Shown here: positions 25,351 through 36,974 of the stretch, piece by piece | Position numbering within the stretch: position 1 is the stretch's first letter | Layout of the letters: every line of letters begins with the position of its first letter | Assembly (NCBI GenBank): GCA_002269645.1 | Contig: NIVC01000016.1 | Span: 496,001 to 560,000, forward strand | DNA: 64,000 nucleotides | Reading direction: 5' to 3' | Source of the DNA: Macrostomum lignano | Taxonomy: Eukaryota | The notes under the pieces: generated by a model | Told to the model about the DNA's origin: nothing | Database searches by the model: none | What the model saw: the letters and a program-made list of their open reading frames with translations, nothing else | Made by a program: the position numbers and the translations under genes

Positions 25351-25844
25351 TGAAATTGCTGATATTCGTATCCTGTTCTTTTATATTTTAATAAGTTAGA
25401 AATTGTCTCTGATGCAAAAATAAACAATTTAATTCAAACAAACTTTCATCAAGCAACTCATTTTTTACACCTGGCCTGCATTTTATATTTGGTGTGGATT
25501 AAATTATCTTCGATTATTGATTGACCTGGGCTAATTGAGTAATGATGATGTTGGGGGGTGGGGGGCTTTGGGTCAAAACTGTTTCCGCTGCGCTGTTTCT
25601 AACCAATTGAATTTTCTGTTGATTCATGCAGATCCTATCACAGTTTTTTTCCTGCTAGCTTTGCTTGTAGCACCTGCAACTGCAGTGTTGACAACATTTG
25701 ATTCTGCCTTTTTCAGACAATAAAACTCCCTGCATTGCCTTGTGCAGCGTCGCTTTATTGGCATCTGTAACTGCTTTTGGGAGCATTGGACACCCTTTGT
25801 TAGTAGCTATTTTGTCACCGTGTGTTCAAGGACTGCCAAGATTG

Positions 25845-26310
25845 TGTCAGGACTGAGCTGTCTAATATTGTGTCAGGACTGAGCTAGCTAATATTGTGTC
25901 AGGACTGAGAGCTGGCTAATATTGTGTCGGGACTGAGCTGGCTAATATTGTGTCAGGACTGAGATCTGCCTAATATTGTGTCAGGACTGAGCTGGCTAAT
26001 ATTGTGTCAGGACTGAGAGCTGGCTAATATTGTGTCAGGACTGAGCTGGCTAATATTGTGTCAGGACTGAGCTGGCTAATATTGTGTCAGGACTGAGCTG
26101 GCTAATATTGTGTCAGGACTGAGCTGGCTAATATTGTGTCAGGACTGAGCTGGCTAATATTGTGTCAGGACTGAGAGCTGGCTAATATTGTGTCAGGACT
26201 GAGCTGGCTAATATTGTGTCAGGACTGAGAGCTGGCTAATATTGTGTCAGGACTGAGCTGGCTAATATTGTGTCAGGACTGAGAGCTGGCTAAAATTGTG
26301 TCAGGACTGA
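25845..26310. repeat. 26/28-bp minisatellite (AATATTGTGTCAGGACTGAG[AG]CTGGCT)n
   Basis: Direct inspection. Confidence 0.9.
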
Positions 26311-26739
26311 CCTGGCAAGATACGATTTTGCAGATTCAAATTTTATTCACAATAAGAATTTTTATAGAAAAATATCCAGATAGTTCTACTGCTTGTAAGT
26401 AGCACGTAGCGTGTCACCCACTGCAATGCTTTGTCAGGTAGAAAATGTTCTAAATTATCTAAATTAATTAATAATCTTTAAGATTTATTATTTCGTCACA
26501 AAGTAGCAGCTGCTAATGATATTCTCATGGCAGTTTATCTAGTTAACCGTTGATAAAATGAGCCCTAGCTTCGCTGTACCCGAAAAACAGGCCGCGATGC
26601 TATCTTCGTTTAGCTTCCAAGTTACCAGTTTCCGGTTCAATCTTCACGTTTGCCTGCTTGACTGACTTTGCGAGAGAATGGTCCCGTCTATAGGTAGGTG
26701 GGTGCGTGTTGAGGGTTCAGGGAGGCAGTATTAAGATTG

Positions 26740-27490
26740 GTTTCGGGCCGTTTCAAACTGCAAGCCAAGGTACTTCTTGCAGGTGTGCAGCCAGAAAGTT
26801 TGATTCATTGCAACGGAATGAAACGCCATAAAAATGTCATAGTCCACAGTCACCTGGGGCCACCTGTTAAAGGTCCAGAAGCTGGTTGAAGGCCAGTGAC
26901 CAACGAAGTCAGAACTGATGCAGACATTCGAATGCTTTTGATTTTCTTCCATCTCTGACGATGTCTCCCATTGTCTCTGTTTTTGATCAGTTAAACAATT
27001 CAAATGTCCGATAGGTTTCTCTCAATCTTGACATCTTGACCCTTCACACGGATGTTATTTTTTTATAGCTTCTTTGATAGTTGCAGTTTCGGACAGATTT
27101 TAAACACGCAATCGAGTAGAACAATTCAGTGAAGAGATCCACAGGAATACTGTAGTTAGCATAAGATTATATGTAATGTCTAAATTGAATAAGATCACAT
27201 CAACACGTGAGTGACTTGCTGATGAAATTTGGAGGCTTGGCAAGACTGCACTGAGGCGCAGTGCTGATTGGCGCACAGGGCTGTATTGAGTAAACTTGTA
27301 GGAAAAATCCGACCTTCTGGCAGAATTGTTGAATATCTGGACGGTCCAGAGGGCTGGCAAATTAATTCTTGTTTGAAAAGGTGCGCAACAAAAATTTAGA
27401 CTGACTTTTCCAGTTTCGTGTGCCTGCATCGACGGGAGGAGAAACAGCTTAATATTCCTACTGTTTGGTTTGCTGTTGGACAGCAAGGCT
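26740..27490 (-). pseudogene. Possible decayed retroelement gag/ORF1 fragment
   Basis: Broken frames give ...NIRVKGQDVKIER... and CIS[S]DFVGHWPST[S], which is two point changes from a CX2CX4HX4C zinc knuckle. Confidence 0.25.
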
Positions 27491-28043
27491 AATTTTCACA
27501 TCGAAGTTACTTTCGAGCTTGTGCACTTTGCGCTTGTACATGTACATTGCTACACGTTTGGCTACGCACTACTGAATACATGTGCACTGTACGTCAACAA
27601 AGAGACAAAATAGGAAACTTATTAGCAATGAACTGAAGTATAACAGACTTACTGCTTGTGTTTTTTTATTAAATAAATAAAAAATTAATAACAATTTTCT
27701 TATTTTATTGGCACCTCAAGCCGAGTATAGAACTCGCGAATTTGCAATCAAGTGCGATATTGCCTTCGTTCGATCTGTGGGGAACATACATTGTACAATT
27801 TACTTGATTAGTACATTATAATTGCTGGTATGAATGTGCTGATAATTTTATATAATGACAGTGTCATTTTGATCAATCATACTGATAAATACATGTACGC
27901 TCGTAGTTCGGAACATTCAGTTCCATTGATTTGTCATAATGGTGTACACGTTTCATGTGTATGAACAGTTTTTAATGATTGACCGATATTGAAATCCTTG
28001 GCATTCAGCAGTCTGCAATAAATCATCAGAGATAATTGGCCTA

Positions 28044-31000
28044 CTAGAGGATCCGGTATTTCTGCCCGCTGCTGCCGCTCCCGCTGAGCACCTTCTGCTG
28101 GCGGCTTCTCAGTTTAGCCAGAGCCATCGTGAGCAGCAGAACAAGCAACAGTACGATGCAGGCCATCGCGCACACAGCCGCCAACATCACCCAGTTGTAC
28201 AGGGACAGCAGCAGCTCTTTGTCCGACTTGGCATGGCCGGCGCTACCGCAAGGCTGTCGGGTGGTTAATGGTGGCTTAAAAACTTTGGCTTCTGTTAGAT
28301 AAGCTGCTTACAGATTATGGCTGCGATACAGGTAGGTGCAGCCATGCAGTACGTGTCTAACAGGTCGAACCATATTCCAGAGGGTGACACACTGTCTAAC
28401 AGGTGGAACCATATTCCAGAGGGTGACACACACTGTCTAACAGGTGGAACCATATTCCAGAGGGTGACACACACTGTCTAACAGGTGGAACCATATTCCA
28501 GAGGGTGACACACACTGTCTAACAGGTGGAACCATATTCCAGAGGGTGACACACACTGTCTAACAGGTGGAACCATATTCCAGAGGGTGACACACTGTCT
28601 AACAGGTGGAACCATATTCCAGAGGGTGACACACACTGTCTAACAGGTCAAACCATATTCCAGAGGGTGACACACACTGTCTAACAGGTGGAACCATATT
28701 CCAGAGGGTGACACACACTGTCTAACAGGTGGAACCATATTCCAGAGGGTGACACACACTGTCTAACAGGTGGAACCATATTCCAGAGGGTGACACACAC
28801 TGTCTAACAGGTCAAACCATATTCCAGAGGGTGACACACACTGTCTAACAGGTGGAACCATATTCCAGAGGGTGACGCACACTGTCTAACAGGTGAAATT
28901 CCATATTCCAGAGGGTGACACACACTGTCTAACAGGTGAAATTCCATATTCCAGAGGGTGACACACACTGTCTAACAGGTGAAATTCCATATTCCAGAGG
29001 GTGACACACACTGTCTAACAGGTGGAACCATATTCCAGAGGGTGACACACACTGTCTAACAGGTGGAACCATATTCCAGAGGGTGACACACACTGTCTAA
29101 CAGGTGGAACCATATTCCAGAGGGTGACGCACACTGTCTAACAGGTGGAACCATATTCCAGAGGGTGACACACACTGTCCAACAGGTGGAACCATATTCC
29201 AGAGGGTGACACACACTGTCTAACAGGTCAAACCATATTCCAGAGGGTGACACACACTGTCCAACAGGTGGAACCATATTCCAGAGGGTGACGCACACTG
29301 TCTAACAGGTGGAACCATATTCCAGAGGGTGACACACACTGTCTAACAGGTGGAACCATATTCCAGAGGGTGACACACACTGTCTAACAGGTGGAACCAT
29401 ATTCCAGAGGGTGACACACACTGTCTAACAGGTGGAACCATATTCCAGAGGGTGACACACACTGTCTAACAGGTGGAACCATATTCCAGAGGGTGACGCA
29501 CACTGTCTAACAGGTGGAACCATATTCCAGAGGGTGACACACACTGTCTAACAGGTGGAACCATATTCCAGAGGGTGACACACACTGTCTAACAGGTGGA
29601 ACCATATTCCAGAGGGTGACACACACTGTCTAACAGGTGGAACCATATTCCAGAGGGTGACGCACTGTCTACTAAGTTGGAAATAACAGCAAATGGTTTA
29701 ATTAACTGAAGCACTGAACAGCTGAACAACCAATAATAGCTCGTAGCAACTGCAATACCAAACCAATTGCCCCAGTCAGCATCACCTGGTCGTGGATCAC
29801 GGCCGCTTTAAACAGACTGTGCAGTCCGACGAGGCCGATGCAAGCGATGCCGCCTCCCCGGTGATACTGCGTCTCTGCCCGGTTCATATCGCCAATGCAC
29901 GTGTGCGGCTTGGCATCAGTCTGGGCAGTCACGCACCACTTCGAATGGTCCTTTGTAGACTTAAACTGCGTCTGGTTCCCGATGCGAACATCGAGCACTT
30001 TGGTGACATTGTAGCGCCTGTTGCATGTCGAATTCAGCAGCTCTTTGCCGTGCTGCCAGGTTTCTACCTGCGTAAAACACAAAACGCAAAACTACCGATT
30101 ACATGTAAAACAAAAAATTTACTAAAAATTTTGTAAAACTGCACTTCTTCTTTTGTAGAAGTATTGAAGTATAGAAGTATCTAAAAAACACATTTTTTTA
30201 CAAATCAGTACAAAATATCTGATAATTCTCTACGTGCAACCACGGACAACTAAGGAAGAATTAGGACACTATACAGTTGGTTTCTTAGAAATGAACCGGA
30301 AGGAACATATATTTGTAGTATCACTGGTGTATTTACTACTCTAGAGCTGAATGGGGTTTGGCCATAGACTAATTCAGTCGAGAAAAGTCCGCTTTTTCTA
30401 TAATAACATGTACAAATGCGCTAGCGATCCTGCTAATCCGCTGGATTCCCTACCCGCCTTAAGATCATTTCTAAGAAAATCGAGTGCAACTGTCCTTTTA
30501 CTGCAATTTTCGATGCGTGCAACTCAGATCCGGAGTAAAGTGAGGTTTGGCCTTTATTTAATTTTCTATACATGTAAAACGCGAGATTCACGTCATTATA
30601 CAACGGGTCATTTCCAGTGATCCCACTGGATGTGATCCCACAGAAGCAATATACCTGAATGTTCGACTGAAGCTGACCAGCCAACAGGTAAGAATACAGG
30701 TCCTGCTTCAGGTGCGGAGACTTGGCCAGGTGCATCACGGACAGGCCACCGGAGGTCACCAGCTTGACAGTGGAATTCATCAAAGCCTTCGGTGGCTGCT
30801 TCCGTTTCTTCAGATCTGCCCAGCTGGGCCAGGCGGCCTCGGCGGCGGGGCTGACGCTGAGGCTGTAGAGGTCCGGGTGCGAGACGAACAGCTGGCTGCC
30901 GATGATGTTGGCCATCTTTGCGCTGTCCACGGTCAGGCAAAGGAAGCTCTGGCCGTATTTCATCCCAGTGTCCGGGTACTCGTAGCGATGCAGGCTCATG

Positions 31001-31410
31001 TTCGGGAACTTTGGCACGCTGTGGATCAGCCAGAAGCCTTTCTGGCCAGACTTCAAAGCGACGAGCCCTTTCATGTGGCCGAACGCGCTGCTGCCGATGC
31101 TGCTGCTGTTGTTGTCCTCTGGCGGCTCGTCGTTGTACGCGGCCAGAACATCGGCGGCGGCATTGGAGCCGGCCTGCAGGACCTGGCTGACGGTGCTGAA
31201 CACGGGGCCATCCCGGGTGATGTCGCAGCCATCCGGCTGAATCCAGGCGGTTGACGAATTCGAGCTGACGTAGGCGTAGTGTCCGGAGTGCGGCTGCTTC
31301 AGCAGAGCGAACCAGTCCAGAGGAAAGCCATCGGCATCCAAGCACTGGAACTCGGCTGATGCAGCATGAACCAGCCAGGCTGATAGCGATAAAACAAATT
31401 TGTAGTTCAT
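28044..31410 (-). CDS. DNASE2: Deoxyribonuclease II (acid DNase, PLD superfamily) with C-terminal transmembrane anchor; exons 31410-30655, 30067-29786, 28253-28044; 415 aa
   Basis: Signal peptide, CLDADGFPLDWF, both catalytic HxK motifs (GHMKG, DHSKW), WLIHSVPKFP, YGQSFLC and CIGDMNR...RGGG. Phase-0 splicing to exon 3 (PCG...TM...KYRIL*) restores the conserved terminal QPC. Confidence 0.93.
28355..29670. repeat. 41-bp minisatellite (GACACACACTGTCTAACAGGTGGAACCATATTCCAGAGGGT), about 32 copies
   Basis: Fills DNase II intron 2. Confidence 0.93.
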
Positions 31411-31938
31411 ATTGTTCACACCGCTGTAGTGCGTGGGTGTAGAGCTTTATTTCAGTTATTATATATAGTATTTAGTATACTTATCAGTCAGAAAGCTTGC
31501 AGAGAGCGCTAATTAGCATGACTAATACAGCAACTGCGGCTCAGTGCATGCAGCGCGAAGGGGTGGGGGGCTACGACGGAAATTGCAGCTTCAATTTTTC
31601 ACTCTTGCTTTAAAATACTCGTTGTTTATTGGCTGGCCTTAAAATATCAGATACAGTGCATGTGTCTTCGTGCGCACGATTCACTTAATACGCCTGCTTG
31701 CTTCCATCAGTTATACATGTTGTATGTACATTTGTATCCATTGTCAAGTAGTGTCTGTTTTTATAGCTCTCTTTTAACAGAAGCAAAGCTTTAAGCACAG
31801 ATCTTACAGATAGTACACATTTATTTATACAAGCCCTTCAAGCTTCACCCATCTTACATTAACATTACAAGAGCGTATGTACGCATTTGGTAGGCAAATT
31901 CTGCTTCATATAGCTTGAAGACGGCGCCTTACTGGTAA

Positions 31939-32011
31939 GCCCGGTTAGCTCAGTCGGTAGAGCATGAGACTCTTAATCTCAGGGTCGTGGGTTCGAGCCC
32001 CACATTGGGCG
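31939..32011 (+). tRNA. tRNA-Lys-CTT: tRNA-Lys (anticodon CTT)
   Basis: GCCCGGTTAGCTCAGTCGGTAGAGCATGAGACTCTTAATCTCAGGGTCGTGGGTTCGAGCCCCACATTGGGCG; 73 nt with A and B boxes, followed by an oligo-T Pol III terminator. Confidence 0.97.
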
Positions 32012-32879
32012 AAATTTTTTTACTCCTTTGCGATTTCTTCAAAGTTTAAATTATAACGTTACTTCCCTTACTACATTAGTCATGCTTAGTTACGCTAACT
32101 AAATATTTTTAATATTTTATTTATTCTCATTGAATTTCTTTCAAGCATACGTCTATGGCTTAATTTGATAGCTTGCCAAAATCAACCCCCTGGCCTAGCC
32201 TTGCGACTCGAGTCGGCTCAAACAAGTCTGCTTCTGTGGGACTTTCTAAATTAGGACAGTAGGCCTAAACCTAATTCGACTGACTAATTTTTAGCTGTTC
32301 ACAATTTAAAGCTCAATTTGATGCAAAATGTATTCATTTAAGGTTCTTAAACGTAGGCGATATGTATCGAAAAGTTACTTCATAGATCTAAGGTTGGTAG
32401 TTGGCAGTAATCAATCTATATCGTGTTCGCTTACTAATGAGTAGCAATCAAAGAATGTGAAACTATTTTGATTGTGTACTGAGCAGTAGCTGTAAAATAG
32501 CCGTAAAATAATTTGCTATTTTATTTAAAATAATGTATTCATGTGCAGCAAGCGAAGAACGTATTGTTAAACAAGAGAGTAGCGATATTAAAAATAACAG
32601 GCATTCATTGTGCGTCGAAAGCAGTAGCTCGTGCACACACAGCTTGAGCTGTCGCGGTACTACTTTATTGTGCGAAAAAATTTTCAGCAAAAAGCACAGG
32701 AAATTCTGCCTTTTTTTAGAGGCTTCTCAGCATCATATAAAACAATTCAATGTAGAGTTATTGCAAAACCCTTTGAGTAGCAGTGCATTTGATTTGACAG
32801 GCATTCAATTAAAATAATATCATTGCAGTTGTTTTATCTTTAATTATGCGATTTTTCACAGACATTTTTGAGCTCGCGA

Positions 32880-33949
32880 TCAATTTGATTTTTTTTGCTC
32901 TTCCACCTCCTGGTCCCGGCTTATCAACCTGAATTGGTGGAGGGGATAGCGGGGTGTATGTGTATATGTTTGTTGCCATAGCAACTGTATGTGTGTACTG
33001 ATGCTTCAGTTTTGAACGTTCAACTAGAGGGAGTTGCTAGGGGCGCCAATTCATGTGCTGGGGGGCGCGGATTCATGTGCTGGGGGCGCCAGTTCATGTA
33101 CTCGGGGGCGCCGATTCATGTGCTGGGGGCGCCGATTCATGTGCTGGGGGCGCCGATTCATGTGCTGGGGGCGCCGATTCATGTGCTGGGGCGCCGATTC
33201 ATATGCTGGGGGCGCCAGTTCATGAGCTGGGAGTTACCCATTCGTCGCCGCTGTCTGGTTCCGCGCCCCCGGCGGCAGCTGCACATTCCAGTTGGTGGCC
33301 AGCCGCATGGCAGCCAGGAACTCCTCGCTGGCGAATGCCGCCAGCCGCAGGGTCGGCTGCCCCAGCTCGCTGATAGCCTCTAGCCGACCGTTGGACGAGC
33401 CGCTGCCGCCGCTGCCGCCGCCGCCGCCGCCGCCGCCGCTGCCGCTGCCGCCGCTGCCGCCGCCTGGTGCCCGGCGCTTCGACGGTGATGAAGGTGGCGG
33501 CGGCGGCTGCCGCTGCCGCTGCTGTTGGGACTTCTTTGACCACCGAGACGACAAGCTGGTCGAAATGTCGTTTGTTGGTTCTGACTCGGCCGGGAAGCTG
33601 CTGTGATGAGGCAAGCGAAACTGACACGCCGGTTCCGCAGGCTGCCCAGCTATTTATTAAGCTGGGCTCCAACGCCCCCTTCTCAACGTGGTGGGCCGCT
33701 CAAGGCGGGTCGGCGCTGGTTTTAAAATTAGTCAAACTCTACCGCGCAGATTGGGTCAGTTTAGGATATGAATTAAGCAAAGCAAGACATGCCAAAATGC
33801 TGCCATGGAGGTCTGGAGCCTGTGACCTGGAGTGCTCACTCTTGTCCAAGCACCCGCTCACAGCCTGTTGCTTCGAAGGGTAATTACAGTTGCTGTCTGG
33901 CAATGGTTAAGAGTCCAGCTTCTGGTTCTGGGACTCCTTGGCTCTGCAT
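32880..33949 (-). CDS. Uncharacterised low-complexity protein; predicted exons 33949-33888 (tentative), 33600-33238, 32928-32880
   Basis: GC-rich exon with Pro/Gly/Gln runs and the unique segment LRLAAFASEEFLAAMRLATNW. Phase-2 GT/AG junctions join it in frame to a terminal exon LISRDQEVEEQKKSN*. Confidence 0.45.
33040..33225. repeat. 22-bp minisatellite (GGGGGCGCCGATTCATGTGCTG)n
   Basis: Lies in the predicted last intron of the orphan gene. Confidence 0.85.
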
Positions 33950-34389
33950 AGCCGTAGATTTCTTTGTTCCGAGCGATGATCGCAGGCCAAGGTTTGATTG
34001 ACAGACGGCGCGCGGGGCAGAGAGGAGGCCACCAACCCCCCCCCCCGCTGAGCTGCCCTTCAAGGCGCAAGCCCCCCCCCCCCGAAGTTGGAGGCAGAGA
34101 GTGTCGCAATTAACATCAAATTTACAGGGCAAGATGAGTGCGTGTTACTCGAACTCATCTGTCACTGCTGCCTACCTGGGTGTCGCCCAAGCATAAATTG
34201 AAATTCCTTCCAGTTCCAATCGGGAATTTCAAAAATCTGAATTACTCCAGTTGCAATAGGAACCCCAGAATAATAAGCACACCTGAAAATCAGTGCTGAT
34301 GGTTGCCGAGCCAATCAATAAATTATCGCTGACAGGTATATAACAGCCGACTGTAGAGACGCTTGATCTCTCTTTGATGATCTCTCTTT

Positions 34390-34474
<85 letters not shown>
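34390..34474. repeat. (CT)n microsatellite ending in an AG splice acceptor (34475-34476) upstream of NPF-like gene 1
   Basis: Direct inspection. Confidence 0.9.
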
Positions 34475-34475
<1 letters not shown>

Positions 34476-34507
34476 GCTCCCAATTTGAACTACTCAAAGC
34501 TCAGGAG

Positions 34508-35126
34508 ATGTACAAGCTGCTTATGCTGACGCTGTTTCTGGCGTTGTGTCTCCAACCCGACATTCGCCCGGTCCTCGGCCGCAGCACTGGCCTAAGAGGA
34601 GCTCGAGAGGTGCGGCAGCGCTGGTCTGACACACCGTTTCAGGCGCTCATCCCGCCCGAGTACGATGCGAACGCCAGGGCCAAGTTCTGGCTGCTGTACC
34701 AGCGGCCCAGGTCAGGCTGTGGGGGTGTGGTGTCAGGAGTGAGGGTTGTGGGGTCAGGAGTGAGGGGTGTGGGGTCAGGAGTGAGGGGTGTGGAGTCAGG
34801 AGTGAGGGGTGTGGGGTCAGGAGTGAGGGGTGTGGAGTCAGGAGTGAGGGGTGTGGAGTCAGGAGTGAGGGGTGTGGAGTCAGGAGTGAGGGGTGTGGAG
34901 TCAGGAGTGAGGGATGTGGAGTCAGGAGTGAGGGTTGTGGGTCAGGAGTGAAGGGTGTGGGATCAGGAGTGAGGGGTGTGGGATCAGGCATTGAAATTTA
35001 TGTAGATCGTGAATTAATTGCGCACTACTCGTAGCTAAGCAACCATACAGCTCAAATGGGCATCAGTAAAATTTAAATATTTATTTACGAGTAAAATTGC
35101 CCACATATTTCAGGTTCGGCAGGTAG
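34508..35126 (+). CDS. NPF/NPY-like neuropeptide precursor 1 (...AKFWLLYQRPRF-amide); exons 34508-34710, 35114-35126; 71 aa
   Basis: Signal peptide MYKLLMLTLFLALCLQP, RQR cleavage site, phase-2 intron CCC AG|gtcagg...ttcag|G TTC GGC AGG TAG giving RPRFGR*. Confidence 0.88.
34728..34988. repeat. 21-bp minisatellite (GGAGTGAGGGGTGTGG[A/G]GTCA)n in NPF-like gene 1 intron
   Basis: Direct inspection. Confidence 0.88.
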
Positions 35127-35339
35127 TCAGTCGGACCCAACTGTGGATAGAGATTAAGAAGCCCAAGCGACTGAACCCCGTGTCAGCGCCTTTCTTATTG
35201 AAAGAAAACCAACAAAGAAAAATTGATTAATAAATCTCTAAAATTTCAAAGCTCAATTGGAATTCTAATTTGCAATCTCAAAACAGCGCGGATCGAAGTC
35301 TTTGTTTCCTTTGTTTAATTTCTGCCAGATTTCAAAGGC

Positions 35340-35950
35340 GAGGAACCCACACTTACCGCCATAGGAACCCACACTTACCGCCATAGGAACCCATACTTAC
35401 CACCCTAGGAACCCACACTTACCACACTGGGAACCCACACTTTGCACCCTAGGAACCCACACTTTGCACCCTAGGAACCCACACTTTGCACCCTAGGAAC
35501 CCACACTTTGCACCCTAGGAACCCACACTTTGCACCCTAAGAACCCACACTTACCACACTAGGAACCCACACTTACCACTCTAGGAACCCACACTTTGCA
35601 CCCTAGGAACCCACACTTTGCACCCTAAGAACCCACACTTACCCCACTAGGAACCCACACTTACCACTCTAGGAACCCACACTTTGCACCCTAGGAACCC
35701 ACACTTTGCACCCTAGGAACCCACACTTACCACACTAGGAACCCACACTTACCACACTAGGAACCCACACTTACCACTCTAGGAACCCACACTTTGCACC
35801 CTAAGAACCCACACTTACCACACTAGGAACCCACACTTACCACTCTAGGAACCCACACTTTGCACCCTAAGAACCCACACTTACCCCACTAGGAACCCAC
35901 ACTTACCACTCTAGGAACCCACACTTTGCACCCTAGGAACCCACACTACC
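35340..35950. repeat. 22-bp minisatellite (AGGAACCCACACTT[A/T]...CT)n between the two convergent NPF-like genes
   Basis: Direct inspection. Confidence 0.88.
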
Positions 35951-36229
35951 GCCCCACAGAGTCCAAACTGCTGCCCCAGCAACCGCCCTACCAATGAGGC
36001 TTAACTCAGTTTCAATTCGGCATTCTGAGAACAATCAAATAAAAAAACAAATTTCATTAATCGTCGCACACAAGAGCTGATGAATTTGCCTAAATTATTG
36101 ATTTTATTCGGGTCTGCGGCAGCTGTTTATTTCCAATAAATAGATGTTTTGAGTTAGTTACTCAGCTGACCTCGGTGAGTCATCGGATCGTGCCTGCGCT
36201 TCAGCTGGGGAACTCTGTTGAATAGGGAT

Positions 36230-36807
36230 TTACCGACCGAATCTACAATATAGGATGAATAGATTTCTGTGACAGTGACAGTAACAGTGAAAGTGACAGT
36301 GGTAGTGACAGTGACAGTGACAGTGACAGTGACAGTGACAGTGACAGTGACAGTGACAGTGACGGTGACAGTGACAGTGACAGTGACAGTGACAGTGACA
36401 GTGACAGTGACAGTGACAGTGACAGTGACAGTGACAGTGACAGTGACAGTGACAGTGACAGTGACAGTGAAAGTAACTGATAGTGACAGCGACATTAAAA
36501 TGGAAAGTGACAGTGACAGCGCCGCAGACGCTCACCGAGGTCTCTGATACAGAATCCAGTGCTTCAGAATCTCCTTTACGGACTTCTTCTTCACGCTGAG
36601 GCGCCCGCCTCCCTGCAACCACCGGCTGCTGCCAGCCGCCGAAGCCTCAGACGGAGCCTCGAACTCGCCAAAACTGATCTTGCCGGCCTCTTCCAAGTCA
36701 GCTGGTTGGGTCGACTCCAGGATGCTCCGACATTGAACGGCTCGACAGGTCAGGATGAGGAGGAGCAGCAGTGCCGCTGGCTGCTGGATCAGCTGATTGA
36801 TCGGCAT
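36230..36807 (-). CDS. NPF/NPY-like neuropeptide precursor 2 (...[12 protein letters not shown]-amide); exons 36807-36536, 36242-36230; 94 aa
   Basis: Signal peptide ([16 protein letters not shown]), basic cleavage sites, phase-2 intron CCT CG|gtgag...ttgtag|A TTC GGT CGG TAA giving RPRFGR*. Confidence 0.88.
36268..36520. repeat. (GTGACA)n microsatellite filling NPF-like gene 2 intron
   Basis: Direct inspection. Confidence 0.92.
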
Positions 36808-36974
36808 GTCCGAGCGGATCCTGCAATAATCGGTCAGTGTTTTAGGCGTACAGCTGGTCGAATTCAAAGGGAAAACATTTCTAGTTGGCGAAAGTGGATA
36901 CTAAAGCAGTTATCTACGAAGTGAAGTTTCTAGGTTTTAGAAGTGATTTGTTTTCTAGGAGTAGGCAATTGTAT

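Noticed and set aside
8885-29670. 25-41-bp regularly spaced repeats that superficially resemble CRISPR arrays
   Set aside because: Head-to-tail tandem units with no unique spacers, no cas genes, and a eukaryotic intronic context
30608-31345. 245-aa and other overlapping or antisense ORFs in GC-rich exons (also at 49.9-51.0 and 53.1-53.5 kb)
   Set aside because: Shadow frames of real GC-rich coding exons
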